Positions 51,440 to 64,000 of a stretch of 64,000 nucleotides of DNA are shown in pieces. The notes under the pieces were generated by a model. It saw nothing but the letters and a program-made list of their open reading frames with translations, did not search any database and was not told the DNA's origin. How positions within the stretch are numbered: position 1 is the stretch's first letter; each line of letters starts with the position of its first letter. The stretch is from Octopus bimaculoides. Taxonomy: Eukaryota. Made by a program: the position numbers and the translations under genes. The DNA lies in the NCBI RefSeq assembly GCF_001194135.2, contig NC_068992.1, positions 5,248,007 to 5,312,006 of the forward strand, in the 5' to 3' direction.

Positions 51440-52390
51440 GGTTGTGATAAGATAGGTATTTGCCAATGTTTCCAATCCCAAAACACCTGCTGATCCTTTT
51501 ATGTGTTTGATGTATCCGCCGTCAACCTTAGCACACATATGAGCTCGTCTGCAACTCAGAGTAACGCACCGGTCCAGTTGGGCCTTGATGTCGTGACACG
51601 CCCCTTTAATTTACTCCTTGAAAGTTGGAAATGTATGTGCATTTCTTTCGATATCATTGGCTTTTATGACATCGCAGAATAAATAAAAGCATTGGTTTTA
51701 TGTCTGGGGAACGAAAAGACTAATTAATTCTGCAGCGTCCAAGGAAACTTACATCCAGTAAATTGCGCATTTGAATTGCATGATGAAGTCATGTCCTATT
51801 CTGTGGAACAACGGCTCACCAAATTTGGGCATAACCTGAATTCTGGACACCTGTACTTTACGCAAAACGACAAGCCAGTTGTCAACATTAAATGACTTCT
51901 CAAAATAGAAATTTTAAGGATTCCAGGTCACGACAGACCGGTCCAAAGATCGATATCCGGCTGATCCATCTCCGTTGCTATTTTGTGGCGGGCGTGAGTG
52001 TCATACCTTTAAACACAGTTATACCTGTTGACATGACCTGGCAATTTCAAAAATTGTTGATCGGAACAGCAATCATGTCTAGAAATCGTGAGATTTCGAC
52101 AATATTTTACCATGATTTAAGTGAATGCTGCCTACGTCTCGTTTTTCTCAGTGGTAACGGTTCAATGCTGTTCGGATTTTGTGACGTTATTTAGGGAACG
52201 TGTTTTTTCAAATTCGGTGCTAATTTTGTAAATTAATTGTTGTGAACGGGGCTCGGCGTGAAAGGTCTTTATCCACTACTACCTCACAGTGTCTGTATTT
52301 TCAAATATCAAGGACATCCTTCTTGTCTGTTAGCAATCTTTATGTGTCAAAGTCCACACCATGCCCTCTCATGGTCCTGAAAAATGAAAA
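51440..52390 (-). mobile_element. Decayed Tc1/mariner transposase, DD41D (rosa)-like
   Basis: Collinear motifs across frameshifts: HTH (EPRSQQLIYKISTEFEKT), FLKLPGHVNRYNCV*, DLWTGLS, FYFEKSFNVDNW, HHAIQMRNLLDVSFLGR, RSPDIKPM, RRAHMCAKVDGGYIKH. Family call is tentative. Confidence 0.75.
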
Positions 52391-53013
52391 TTAAATTTAT
52401 GAACCTACATTTCCAAAGCCCTGTATTTTACATTAAAACGCCGAGACAATAAAAATAGTAAACATTTAATTATTCGAACTTGAATAATGTGAGCGAGATT
52501 TAACGACTGTAATATCTGCTTTATTGACGTATGTTTGCTTTTTCCATGAACAGTATCAATTTCACATATTCCAGCTAATACTACTCACTAACATAACTTG
52601 CAAAAGAAAGAATTTTCGTGTTGGCTATGTGCTTAAACATATGATTTCATTCGATTCTCATCCTAGACCGTTTTCCCCTCCTCCTCCTACTCCTCCTCTT
52701 CCATTCCACCTTCTACTCCTCCTCATCATCATAACCGTCTCGACCATCATTCTGCTGTTTCATGGTGTTAATTATATAATTTGCTTAAGATATTTTCTCT
52801 CGAACCGCAGCCCATAGTCTAGAATCAGAAGGATTTATGTGCGTTCTAGGAGAAATGCTTTTGCTCAAATGTCGTGAACGAACTGCCTGGTTATGTTTCA
52901 CTCCAGCTCTCCACGTCTGATTTTTGATTTCGTAAAATAAATTCACAAAAAATAGTAGAGACCGTTAGTTCAAATATCTCCTTCTCCAATTTATTGCTCT
53001 GGCACCTTTGATA

Positions 53014-53014
<1 letters not shown>

Positions 53015-53044
<30 letters not shown>

Positions 53045-53143
53045 CTTCTTCTTCTTCTTCTTCTTCTTCTTCTTCTTCTTCTTCTTCTTCTTCTTCTTCT
53101 TCTTCTTCTTCTTCTTCTTCTTCTTCTTCTTCTTCTTCTTCTT
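53015..53143. repeat. (CTT)43 perfect trinucleotide microsatellite
   Basis: 129 uninterrupted nucleotides. Confidence 0.97.
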
Positions 53144-56100
53144 CCTTTCCCTCTTCCTCTTCTTCACCCTACTCCTCATTTACATTTTATATTTGTTCTT
53201 CACGATGTCGTTGGAGTTCTTATTCTATTATTCCTTTAGTGAATAAGAGACAGTTAAATGCTATTTTCAGTAATGTACATAATGACCATATCACGCAAAT
53301 TGTACAATACTAATAACAGTATGTGACAGTAGTAGAAGCACAAATACTATTTTACATCACATACGCTTTATCAACGAGAATATAGCTACCACCCTCGCCC
53401 AATAATTTGCATTTTATATCTCATGTAACACCGCAAAATATGAATTCGTGAAAATGATTGAGGAAGACATCAAATAAATCATTCCTGTTTTGCTTCACTA
53501 CATTAATGCCATTCTATACATTTTTTACATACATAAGAATTCAAACGGCATAAACTTAGCATCGAACTGATCAGAATACGCTTCAATGTTTTTCCTCTCT
53601 TAAACAATCTAACTGAAAGAATGTATACAAAACCGAAAACAATTTTGTATATCACCGAAACATATCATAGAAACATATCATTCAATAGTAATTCCTTCCT
53701 GCCTCTCATTGCTTAGATTCTCAAAAACGATGGAAATATTATGTCTCCATCTCACGTTATGAATAAAAAGATTAACAAGCAAATAAGATAATAAAAATGT
53801 TATACTCATGCTAAAATCGTATCCTTGCCAGGAAAAGATGAATATCAATCACATGAAAATATTCTTAGAGGTATGAATGATATCATTTGAGCGCAATATT
53901 TTCTTTCTTGACATAATTGAATGTTTGATTTAAATAGTCGTCCATCTCTTAAAATATATGGTAGGCATATATAATAGCATGTGACAGGGAAGAACAAACA
54001 CATCATACAAAGACAATATCGCTTTATTGCAATCTTTTCGATCTTTTAATGTAAACATGAGACCACATATATAAGAAAAAAAATGAATAAATGAATTATA
54101 TATTACGACAAGGAATATAACAACAAATGAAAGAATCATTTCTTTTTATGGCATATTATTATCTTTATCAAATTATGCAATGTCGAAAGGTTGAAATTAA
54201 ATCCAAAATATATGATCTCAATACTTAAAATGTGTCCGCAGTTTTTTTTTGTTTTGTTTTTTTGTACAAAAATGACTGGTATTTTGCAATGCCGAGAAGA
54301 TTCTCAAAAGTGTTATGTACAATGAAGGGCTTATGAAGCAGTTGATTCCGATAATCACCCTCCATCTGAAGATAGAGAAAATATAACTAAAATATTGTCC
54401 TTTTAGCGATATGTAAACTGATGAGAAAACGCAACGTTAAATCTCTTCCGCACAAATACACAACTCAAGAATGTAGGAATATTCGAGATACTTTCATTCT
54501 TACGGGATGAAAACTTAGAAATTATCTCCTGTAGACTTGTATTTACTACGTGTTACTGAAGCAAAATGAAATCTATATCCGTGATTTCTTGTTATAACTA
54601 TGTTAATGATATTTTACAGTATATAAGGCAAGCGCGCCTGAAAGACGTGTGATTAATTAACGCAAATATTTCTATTTCATGAATTTCTATAACAATTCAT
54701 TGCAAACGCTCAGTTGCATTCCATCATATTCCATCAGTCATTGACTATTCGTTGCGAACGGCTCAGCATGATACAATTTCAGTTGTTCAGCGGTACACTG
54801 AAAATTGCAAACAAATCTGCTTCAAATTTCATCCAATGTTATTATAGGCAAAGAAAAGGAAACCTCTGATTGTTACAATAATTAAATCATAATTATAGAT
54901 TTCTGGATTAGGACTTAACTGAAACACAAAGCGCATAAATATTAGTTCAAATTGAAAAAAAAAATTTAAATGATATATGACTTTCTTTAGTTAAATTTTC
55001 TACATGATAAATTTATCTCATTGATATTGTCTTAAGATATTTAGAGTTGCTTTTAGCCAAACAAAATTAATGTTTTATTTGATTGTAAGTGAGAAAGATG
55101 TATTTTTCTATTCCCTGTTGCTAGAAAATTATGTGTGTTATTTATTAAATTTGTTTTATAGTGGTTGTATTCCAATATAAATCTCAATCCAAAAGTAACT
55201 TTATTTAGATAACGGCAACACTTGTCTGGCTCGAAATAGTATTTTTCATTTTCCATAGAATTCTCAAAACAAGGTTAACATTGTTATTGAAACGACAACT
55301 ACCAACTATAGAAAATAAACGTGTAAGGCAGCGTAATATTTGCTTATACATTCTATTTGGAAACTACACTGAATCTTGTTCGCTAATTTGCCTGTATTTC
55401 GCAAGAAAGCTCTTTGCAATCCACATGTTTGCTGAAGCAATCATTCACAAATTCATGCGCGCAAAATAAATCATTCCTTCAGACTAGAAGACGTATTATT
55501 ATACAGTTGTATGGACAGAACTAGATTGGTGTTACAATGTATGTTGTGCATGGAGGAAAACCAAACTTAATAAACAAGACATATTATACGTGTAGAATTT
55601 AACCATGTTACAAATAATTACTTTGCGAAGAATATAGAAAAAAGAGAGACAGAATACAAACATTTCAAGTTTAAGATGAATGCAAGTTAGAGAATGAAAA
55701 ACTAGGATATATTGATATATACATGACAGTGTCCGGATCCATTCAGGCAAGATGTACATATATCGTAGATAGGTAAAATTAATGTATTTATAAATTCGTT
55801 ATTAGACGAGGTGTATTCATAGAAAGTAAAGATTTTGACCTCTGAATAAAGAACTAAATAAAAATAATCATACAAGTTTTAAGGGAAGAAAGAAAATAAC
55901 TTGTCAATAAACATATGTGTATGTATGTAATCATTATTTAAACCTAATGAACATTTTATTTTGAGAGGTGTATAAATCATGCATATATTTATACTTTTAT
56001 GTACGTATAAATGAAGGATTTTGTATCGAAATGCTGTTTTACACATTCTAATGTAATGTTGAAAATAAGCGTTGGACTATGAAGTTTGAAGAAGATGAAG

Positions 56101-56369
56101 CACAGCTGCTTCGAGCTTAGCAACTATCTTGTGTTTTCCCAACGATGATCTTAATAACAAAAGCATACTTTGTTGAAGTGGATATACCTCCATATCTTAT
56201 CGCTATATCAACTATCAGATTCCACCAAAGTAAAAATTGTTGATTCTATAATCCGCAAAAGTACCGACTCGTATATCGTATTTCGTTGAATATTTCTTAT
56301 GATATTATCTTTATTTACATAGATATGTTATCGGGTTACACAGTAATGTGGCAATATAAGGTCTGCTCA

Positions 56370-56560
56370 GGCGGCGAGCTGGCAGAAACGTTAGCACACC
56401 GGGCGAAATGCTTAGTGGTATTTCTTCTGTCTTTCCGTTGTGAGATCAAATCCCGTCGATGTCGGCTTTCGGGGGCGATAAATGAAGCACCACTTGCATA
56501 CTGGGGTCGATCTTATCGACTGCTCCCTCTCCCAAAATCTTTTGTTTCTTGTGCCCAGAG
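56370..56560 (+). mobile_element. SINE family A copy
   Basis: ggcggcgagctggcagaaacgttagcacaccgggcgaaatgcttag...gagatcaaatccc...ctggggtcgat...agagtagataataataat. Confidence 0.85.
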
Positions 56561-57284
56561 TAGATAATAATAATATAAAGAATGCTTATGATGAGTAGGA
56601 TTATACCTTAATGCACATGTTGTATATGTGCAAAAAATATTGCATTTCATATTAAATTTATTGCTGCAATTGTTCAGTAGATAGATCTGATAAATCTATT
56701 ATAGAAGTTTTACATGACTTCTTTTCTCATAGAAGAGAGGTGGTTGGATTTTTATGTAAAGTAGATTTACATGACATCAAGATGTCCTTCGCTTTGGCTG
56801 AATGCAATTCGAGAAAGTATAATGTGGTTCGTTTGGAAATTGGCAATATCTTGGTGATAAAGCAACAGAAGGGCTTGGGTCATGAAAGCAGAACTGTAAT
56901 TTGATTGACGTCAATATGTCATGAGGAGTCTTCAAATCAAAGTTATGACTTCATAGATTTACAGTACTAAAATTTGGTATTGGCAAAATTCTTCATAGTA
57001 TCGGATGGAGATATAGATGAGAAGTGTTACTGCGGGCTTTATTGGAATGGTACCAAATAGATAAATTTTAATTAATAACCACTTAAATGGTATCATCTTG
57101 TCACAAAAATGTCAAATGTATTTCAGTGATGGAGTTTAAGATGTCTTCGAATCGCACGTGAGCAAGGAAGTACATATATAATAAATATAGAAAGGAATAG
57201 ATCAGCATCTACGTTCGTGCATGTGTTAATAATGTATAACATTATTGTTTTATTTTTTATTCTTTCACATGTTTCACTTGTTTG

Positions 57285-57905
57285 ACAGCGACCATACTGG
57301 AGCACCGCCTTGGGGTGTTTTAGACGAACAAATCGACGCCGGGATTTATTTTTGAAGCAACTACTTATTCAGTTGGCACTTTGCCGAGACGCTATGTTAC
57401 GGGGACGTAAATACACCAAAACCGATTTCCAAGTGGCAATGGTGGATAACCACAAGCTTAATGACAGACACACACACACACACACACGCACACATGATTC
57501 CCCTATAAAAATTTATGTACTGAATGTTATACAGAGGTTAACGGAAATAACGAGAACCGGAACGTGAAACTCTGGGTGACAAATTTTCGGGATACTTATG
57601 CGATGCTTTTGCAAATTTAATAATAATAAAGTATACAAACACAGANNNNNNNNNNNNNNNNNNNNNNNNNNNNNNNNNNNNNNNNNNNNNNNNNNNNNNN
57701 NNNNNNNNNNNNNNNNNNNNNNNNNNNNNNNNNNNNNNNNNNNNNNNTATATATATATATATGATGGGCCTCTTTCAGTATCTGTCCACCAAATCCATCC
57801 ATAAATCTTTGTTCAGCGCGAGAGTATAGGGGGATACACTTGCCCAAGTTGCCACGCAAGAGGACTGAACGCAGAAGCATGTGGTTTGGAAGCAAGCTTC
57901 CAGCA
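57285..57905 (-). mobile_element. SINE family B copy split by extra sequence and a gap
   Basis: 57285-57480 is the reverse-complement 3' part (actggagcaccgcc..gttacggggacgtaaatacacc) and 57760-57905 the reverse-complement head (ctttcagtatctgtccaccaaatcc..cacttgcccaag..gactgaac..catgtggtt). Confidence 0.75.
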
Positions 57906-59044
57906 TAAAGAAGTTTAGGCACATAATGTTATACAAGAATACTGATTCTCAAAATGTTCAAGCAAACGTATTAGTAGCAACGGAAAAGGCAAATATTTCA
58001 TAGTTAACAATCTCTGTGTCTCTCTGTCTCTCTGTATGTCTCTCTGTATCTCTCTCTCTATCTCTCTCTCTCTCTCTCTCCCTCCTTATATATAAATGTT
58101 AAACATCATATGTATCTTACTCAGATTTAAATGTATCAGGATCTGCTGCCGCTTTCTTGTTTTTTGAAAATTGCAAAAATATATTAAGGTTGTGTCATAC
58201 AATCGAGGACTTGGGTCGCAGGATTGCAACCGAGTAGAAATAAACAGAGGAAACGTTGGTGTCTGTTAAAGATAGCAACATCTTCAGTCGCTTCGACAAG
58301 AAAATAAGAAAACCAACAGGCGCTGTGGCAGCCTTTTGTATACTTTATGTTTCAGTCATTTCACTCATAAGTGTTTTGTTGACTGGGAGTAATTTAAAAT
58401 AGTCATTATCAATATTTGCAGTGAATGCTTTTAAATTGCTTAACTATGCTATCTGTAACTTATAAGTATATGCTTTTCTCTACTCTTATTTCCTATTAGT
58501 ACTCTAAAATTTTTGCTTAATTATCTTATTAAAATTGACATCACCCACTCCAAATATGTAATTTCAATTAAAGGAAAATATTCACGTATAGGAACAATAT
58601 TACAATTGTCTAAAGACTTAGAATTGGAAATGTTTTTTTTCTGGTGAGAAGAAAAGAGAAATATCAGCAGTAATATACAGGCGTAGGTGTATATTTGTGA
58701 GTTAATCTACACTAATCAATAGCGTAATACTAAACCTGTTAAATAGTTAACACATTGACACGTTGGTAAGGTGTATAAATTCTGAGGCAATAGAACGTCT
58801 GATGTTTCTTTGGATTGATTTTTCAGGTTTCTCATTTACTGTTGACGCAACAAGAAATTATTTACACAAATAATAATTCTCGTTTTAAAATATTCTATTC
58901 AAAACGACGAAAGAAGCCCTACTGTAGAGCACATTCATTTAGCACATTTTTTTTAATGCTGAAGCAATTACTCCCCATGTATGTATTTAATATGCATTTT
59001 CACGCAAAATACTGCTTATCTTTATAACTCCTTATTAATAGTAG

Positions 59045-59345
59045 TTACAAATTTTGGCACAGGGCCAAATCTATGAAATCGATTCCGGTATTTAACTAGG
59101 AGTTATTTTATTGACACAAGGTATAAAAGGCAAAGCCGATCCTGGCGGAATTTGAACATAAAGACGGATGCACTGACGCAAATTATCTTGCAGGACGTGC
59201 TATCCATTCTGCCAACATTCTGCCTTATCTTCCTACTAAAACTGGTTTCAAATTTTGGCACAATATTAACAGATTTGTGGAAGGACAAATCAATTACGGT
59301 ACTAGTACTTAGGCGAAGTCGACCTCGGCAGAATTTGATTTCATA
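59045..59345 (-). mobile_element. Two adjacent degenerate SINE family A copies
   Basis: aaaggcaaagccgatcctggcggaatttgaac..ccattctgcca (to about 59215) and aaattttggcac..gtcgacctcggcagaatttga (59225-59345) are reverse complements of the family A body. Confidence 0.7.
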
Positions 59346-60289
59346 TGGTAAGGGGGGACAAAATGTCGCCACAACATTTTTCTGGGCGCGCTACCGGTTG
59401 TAGCAGCTTATATTCATACTAATATTAACGAAATCAAATGCCATGTTTTGGATTATAACCAGATATATTCAGCCAGGATCTGAATAAGTTTCAAGTTTTG
59501 TACTTGTTGATTTTATTCTAATCAGGTTTATAACCAGACATTAAAATAGGCAATTCAATACCCACATAGTATATATTTCCATGATACCCATTGTTTTATT
59601 CCTTCGTTTCGTTATTTATATTAATTTAATGCAGCTATTTCTAACACGGTCAGTAATTTGTTGGGACATCCAGAGTAGGGAGCGAGAACAATCTTTTCAT
59701 TTTTGACCCTACTGATAAAACCCAAAGCATTGTCTATAGGGAAGATTTTACCATGGAATCAAGAAACTAAAATTTGCAGAATGATTAATAAAATTGAAGT
59801 GATATTGTCAACGTCACACTATATTCGTCTAAGAAAAACTATTTGTATGTTTACTTGTTATAATACTTAGGTTCAATAAATTATATCACATATATTTTTA
59901 GTTTTTCCTGAACTTTTATTTGCTTATCTTGTAATAGACATAAGCCAATGTTTGTGCGATGTTTGCTTCATTTATACACTGAAATACTATAGGCCATAGA
60001 TCAGAGGTTTTTATGCAGCCATCATAATTTTGGCCAGAAGGAAACAACTTTATAGTCTGCATGAAAATTAACAACCATTTCTTATATATGTTCCATAAAA
60101 TTTAAGTGATTAACTTACAATATTCATAATACAACTTTGGTAGCATCTTTCAACCCAGTCAATGAGAGGTGTTTCTGCTAGTATCTACTATAATAATACC
60201 CCTGTGTATTTCTCCGTCACAACATATGAATGAGAAAGGAAGGAGTGATAGATGATCGAGGAAGGAAAGGGTGATGATGGACGTGGCCG

Positions 60290-61030
60290 AAAAAGAAGTG
60301 TGCGGACACTTCAGCTTACGAGAAGAAAAGATACGGAATGAGAAATGTGGCTGCTACAGCAAAATTAAGCCTAACATCGATGCATCGAGCCCTGAGATCA
60401 AACAAGTTTATAAGGACATGAGACTGGCGAGAAGTCGTCTTATCCTGCGTCAGGTTGCTAAAGGCACGCTGCCCAAACTGGTGTACAGTGATGGATAGAA
60501 ATTTGACATCCAATAAATAGTAACCGATCAGAATGACCGACTTTGGTGTGCATCTGGCTCCGTCGAAGGTAGACTCGCAAATCAACGTCAAAATATACAG
60601 TTACTCATGATTTGGGTGGCTGTGACAGCCAGTGGAAGGTCTGCCCTCGTTGTTTGTATTATTGGATGTTAAAATTAGCATCAAGTGAAACATTACCGAC
60701 GTTCCGGAAGCTGAACTGCTTCTATGGCCGAATAAGCGCTTGGAGCCTCTAACTGGACTCGGCACCATCCCATGGCTCCAAAGAGGCACTACTGGATTCA
60801 GAAAAAATATACCATCGTTCATAGTTAAGGATGCATAGCCCTCAAGAATTGCCAATCTCAAGCCGTTGGATTTTTTCAGTTTGTTCCATTCGGTAGAGAA
60901 TGGTCTCGAGCACTATTTATGCTTCGTTGGTCATTCCGAAGGCAGAACTGCGCAAGTAATAGGCTTCGATTCTACAAGAACAGCTGCGTACCGCGCATGA
61001 AACACGTGATTCGGGAAAAGATGGTTCGAA
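60290..61030 (+). mobile_element. Decayed DD37D/maT-like transposase, second subfamily
   Basis: RLARSRLILRQVAKGTLPKLVYSDG*KFDIQ..QNDRLW..LMIWVAVTASGRSAL..DSAPSHGSK..WIQ..IPSFIVKDA*PSRIANLKPLDF; stops and frameshifts; clearly distinct in sequence from the 48626 element. Confidence 0.8.
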
Positions 61031-62025
61031 TGAATCTGGTAATGTCATAATTGTGTGTATTTTATCGTAGCATTACAATGCTAGGGCCCTAAATATAACA
61101 ATACTTTGCTTAACATCTCCATTAACATGCAGATTCAATGGATAATCAGAGATTTATGAGTTTCTGCTCATATGTACCCCTTCAGATAAAGCGTACGATA
61201 TTTCAAGCTTAAGTCACTAAATTTTTGCGAGCGCAAATGGATCCAGACGGAGGGTATATTCATAATGATTTATACAACAAATAGGTCACGAAAACTATCT
61301 CATATTTATCTTGAACCATTCTCATAACTGTTATGCTTCACAACACCTGACCTACTGGTTATACACCATTAGCGACGGATATAGTGGGTTTCTAGCTGCT
61401 CGTTCTCCACCAAAAATTCCTTAGCAGCTCATAAATATACAGTTATTAATTGAGTCATCTGCATGCGTGAATGATGATAGAAGCCGTTGCGAAGCAGATG
61501 AAAGGTATTCACTTTGTGTTTTATTTTCCTTTAATACATTATTTTAAATTCTGCGTTCAAATCTCGCCTACGTTTAATTTAACTTACATAAAAGTCAATA
61601 AAATACGTAGTAGTGACGCACTCGTATCGATTTAATACATCGTACACCCTCCATCTATAAATGTGTGGCCTTCTGCCAAGCACAGAAATTAATATAAGGA
61701 CTCATTTATATTTTTGTTTTATCTTATTTCTCTTTGTGCCATGAGATTCTCTGAAAAAGCCATCAGGCCATAAACAGCCACTGAAAGAGTAAAGACTTAA
61801 CTTGAAAGAGATTTCATTTTACAGTAATTTCAGCTAATCAATCATTTTGTCATAAAAGTGAGAAATTAAATGTTACAAACTGTTAATGACCGTTCTTTCT
61901 GGATGGAATCACTAGTGATGCATAACAATGATTTACAACGTTCCCTTGCTTCTCTCACTCTGCACACCCTGTAACACAACGTATTCTCTCTTTGTTTATA
62001 TTGATCTTTCACCACAATATATCTT

Positions 62026-62061
<36 letters not shown>

Positions 62062-62510
62062 CGTTATCTATATCTAAATACACCTATCATTTCATTACAT
62101 TATCACACGCGCACACNNNNNNNNNNTATATCTAAATACACCTATCATTTCATTACATTATCACACGCGCACACACACACAAAAATGCACATATAAGAGT
62201 GTACCTTTGTATATATGTAAGCCATGTGTACATACATAGGTGTCTATAGGTGTCTATGTGTATGGAGTAATAAATTTCTTTTACACGAATTTTTCCTTCC
62301 ACTCTTTTCATTGTATTTTCAGTCTTTCACTATTCAATCACTCAGACGTTCAGGCACGCACTATCTCATCCACACACCTGCTTAAATACACACTCATACA
62401 CACAGAGCGATAAGCAGAAGCGCGCACATAGAGATAGTGAGATAAGACATATAGAGGTAGTGAGATAATATGATCGATAAGCAGACACATTAAACGTTAG
62501 ACACCGTCAG

Positions 62511-62545
<35 letters not shown>

Positions 62546-62626
62546 CACACACATATATNNNNNNNNNNNNNNNNNNNNNNNNNNNNNNNNNNNNNNNNNN
62601 NNNNNNNNNNNNNNNNNNNNNNNNNN

Positions 62627-62666
<40 letters not shown>

Positions 62667-62689
62667 GTATATGTATATAGATAGATAGA

Positions 62690-62775
62690 TAGATACATAG
62701 ATAGATACATAGATAGATAAATAAATAAATAGGTAGGTAGGTAGGTATATTGCTAGATAGGTAGATATATAGGTA
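62690..62775. repeat. (GATA)n/(GGTA)n tetranucleotide tract
   Basis: Direct reading. Confidence 0.9.
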
Positions 62776-63173
62776 GATATATCGGTAATATCTTTAACAC
62801 ACCTTTTCTTTCCACCTTTACTTATGTAATTTTTAAAGGAATATTTCAAAACCTATTCATACCAGTCAAACACACTTCCACCTCTTATATTTTACTTAAT
62901 CAATAAAATATTTTCCTTTTTTGGTAACAGTTTTTCAGCCTGCACCGTTCTAACTATTTATCTCTTACAATTTGATATATCCTTAAGGGATATATCTCTT
63001 CTTCCTACTAAGCTCATGGTAATAGTCTGCAATTAAGGAATATTAATTGCAAAATCAAAATATTTCGACAATAAATATTGAAACTAAAGTAATTATTTAA
63101 TGAAATATCGGCGAGAGGAGAAACTTGCTATATTTCTTTTATTTCTTTTTGAGAGTAGGGTTATTATGTCACA

Positions 63174-63212
<39 letters not shown>

Positions 63213-63252
63213 TGTATTTATATATGTACATATATGATCGATAGACATATAA

Positions 63253-63283
<31 letters not shown>

Positions 63284-64000
63284 ATATAATTGTTTTTTGC
63301 TATGAATGCCAAGAAAGATTTTACAACGTCGGTCAAATAAATTCAAACTTTTGCCCTATTATTGCTATGGAAGTTATATATTTCAGCTCGTGTCTGTGAT
63401 GTGTGTATTTCTGAATGTGTACCTGCAATTGTTGGATTGTTATTTGTGCGTATAAAAGCGCGTGTGCGAGCAGGTGTGTTTTCGCGATTGTGCTGTTCTT
63501 TGCGATCGATAGTGTACATGGGATATTGTATAAGTACACGATGCTAAGTCTAATCCCTCTACTCCGTATAAATGAGTATTGGTCTGCATGACACTTTTAA
63601 ATAAATATCGCGTGCATATACGCCGACTGCTTCACGTATAGTTAAACTGTGCATTAATCTCATACGCAAAAATAAATATTTCACCAGAGCCAAATAAAAA
63701 CCAAGGAGTCGGATATTTCGAGACATATGCATTCTAAGTCTGCCATATCTTTTTTTCTTTTTCTTTTTATTTTTTGTGATTCTGAGACTCTAACATTGTA
63801 GGGTTTATTCCATCATTGATTTCAAGTTAAATTTCGTGAAGCCGGATCATATTTGTTAATTACATTATTGCTGTTCCTAGAGAACTATGGTTGGGATGAT
63901 TACATAATATATCGGCAAAGTTATTGAAGAATTTATTTGCGTCATTCGTTGCATTTCTGTTTAAGCTGGATTTATTTATCTGGTTATAGGGTAAGAGATA

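Larger units (their letters stand above)
2748..62626. other. Assembly gaps (15 N-runs)
   Basis: N-runs at 2748-3362, 5500-5536, 13180-13189, 15580-15589, 21715-21878, 30826-31354, 33317-34295, 36552-36779, 38476-38644, 39790-39886, 46145-46352, 51191-51362, 57646-57747, 62117-62126, 62559-62626; most abut simple repeats. Confidence 0.99.

Noticed and set aside
62069-62174. 48-bp direct repeat
   Set aside because: Flanks a 10-N gap; same artefact.
2023-63278. Dozens of ORFs rich in CV/YI/HT dipeptides or poly-D/I/L/M/R/S/Y/K, and ORFs spanning X runs
   Set aside because: They are translations of (TG)n, (TA)n, (CA)n and triplet microsatellites or of N-gaps, not proteins.
1-64000. CRISPR arrays, operons or other prokaryotic systems
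   Set aside because: No regularly spaced 25-45 bp repeats with unique spacers and no gene-dense tracts; the architecture is eukaryotic.

Overview
AT-rich, repeat-dense animal genomic DNA from a short-read draft scaffold with 15 N-gaps, most flanked by (TA)n/(CA)n tracts. The two abundant SINE families and the transposon fragments match what I recall of octopod cephalopod genomes, so an Octopus-like source is likely; this is recollection, not a database search. I found no complete protein-coding gene, tRNA/rRNA gene or CRISPR array. Nearly all long ORFs in the supplied track are microsatellite or N-run artefacts. The window is essentially a transposon graveyard: about 14 tRNA-type SINE copies of two families, and decayed Tc1/mariner elements of four lineages (a mellifera-like mariner, two DD37D/maT types, one DD41D-like). 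It also holds a Chapaev-like fragment, a Helitron helicase fragment, R4/Dong-like and RTE-like LINE fragments, and two palindromic MITEs. The cleanest structure is a 281-bp element with 81-bp inverted arms nested at the end of an R4-like LINE fragment. Several AG..GT-bounded open frames could be exons of a large-intron host gene, but I recognise none of the peptides and cannot fix the strand. I see no convincing evidence of a new biological system; the findings are mostly of mobile-element and gene-finding interest.
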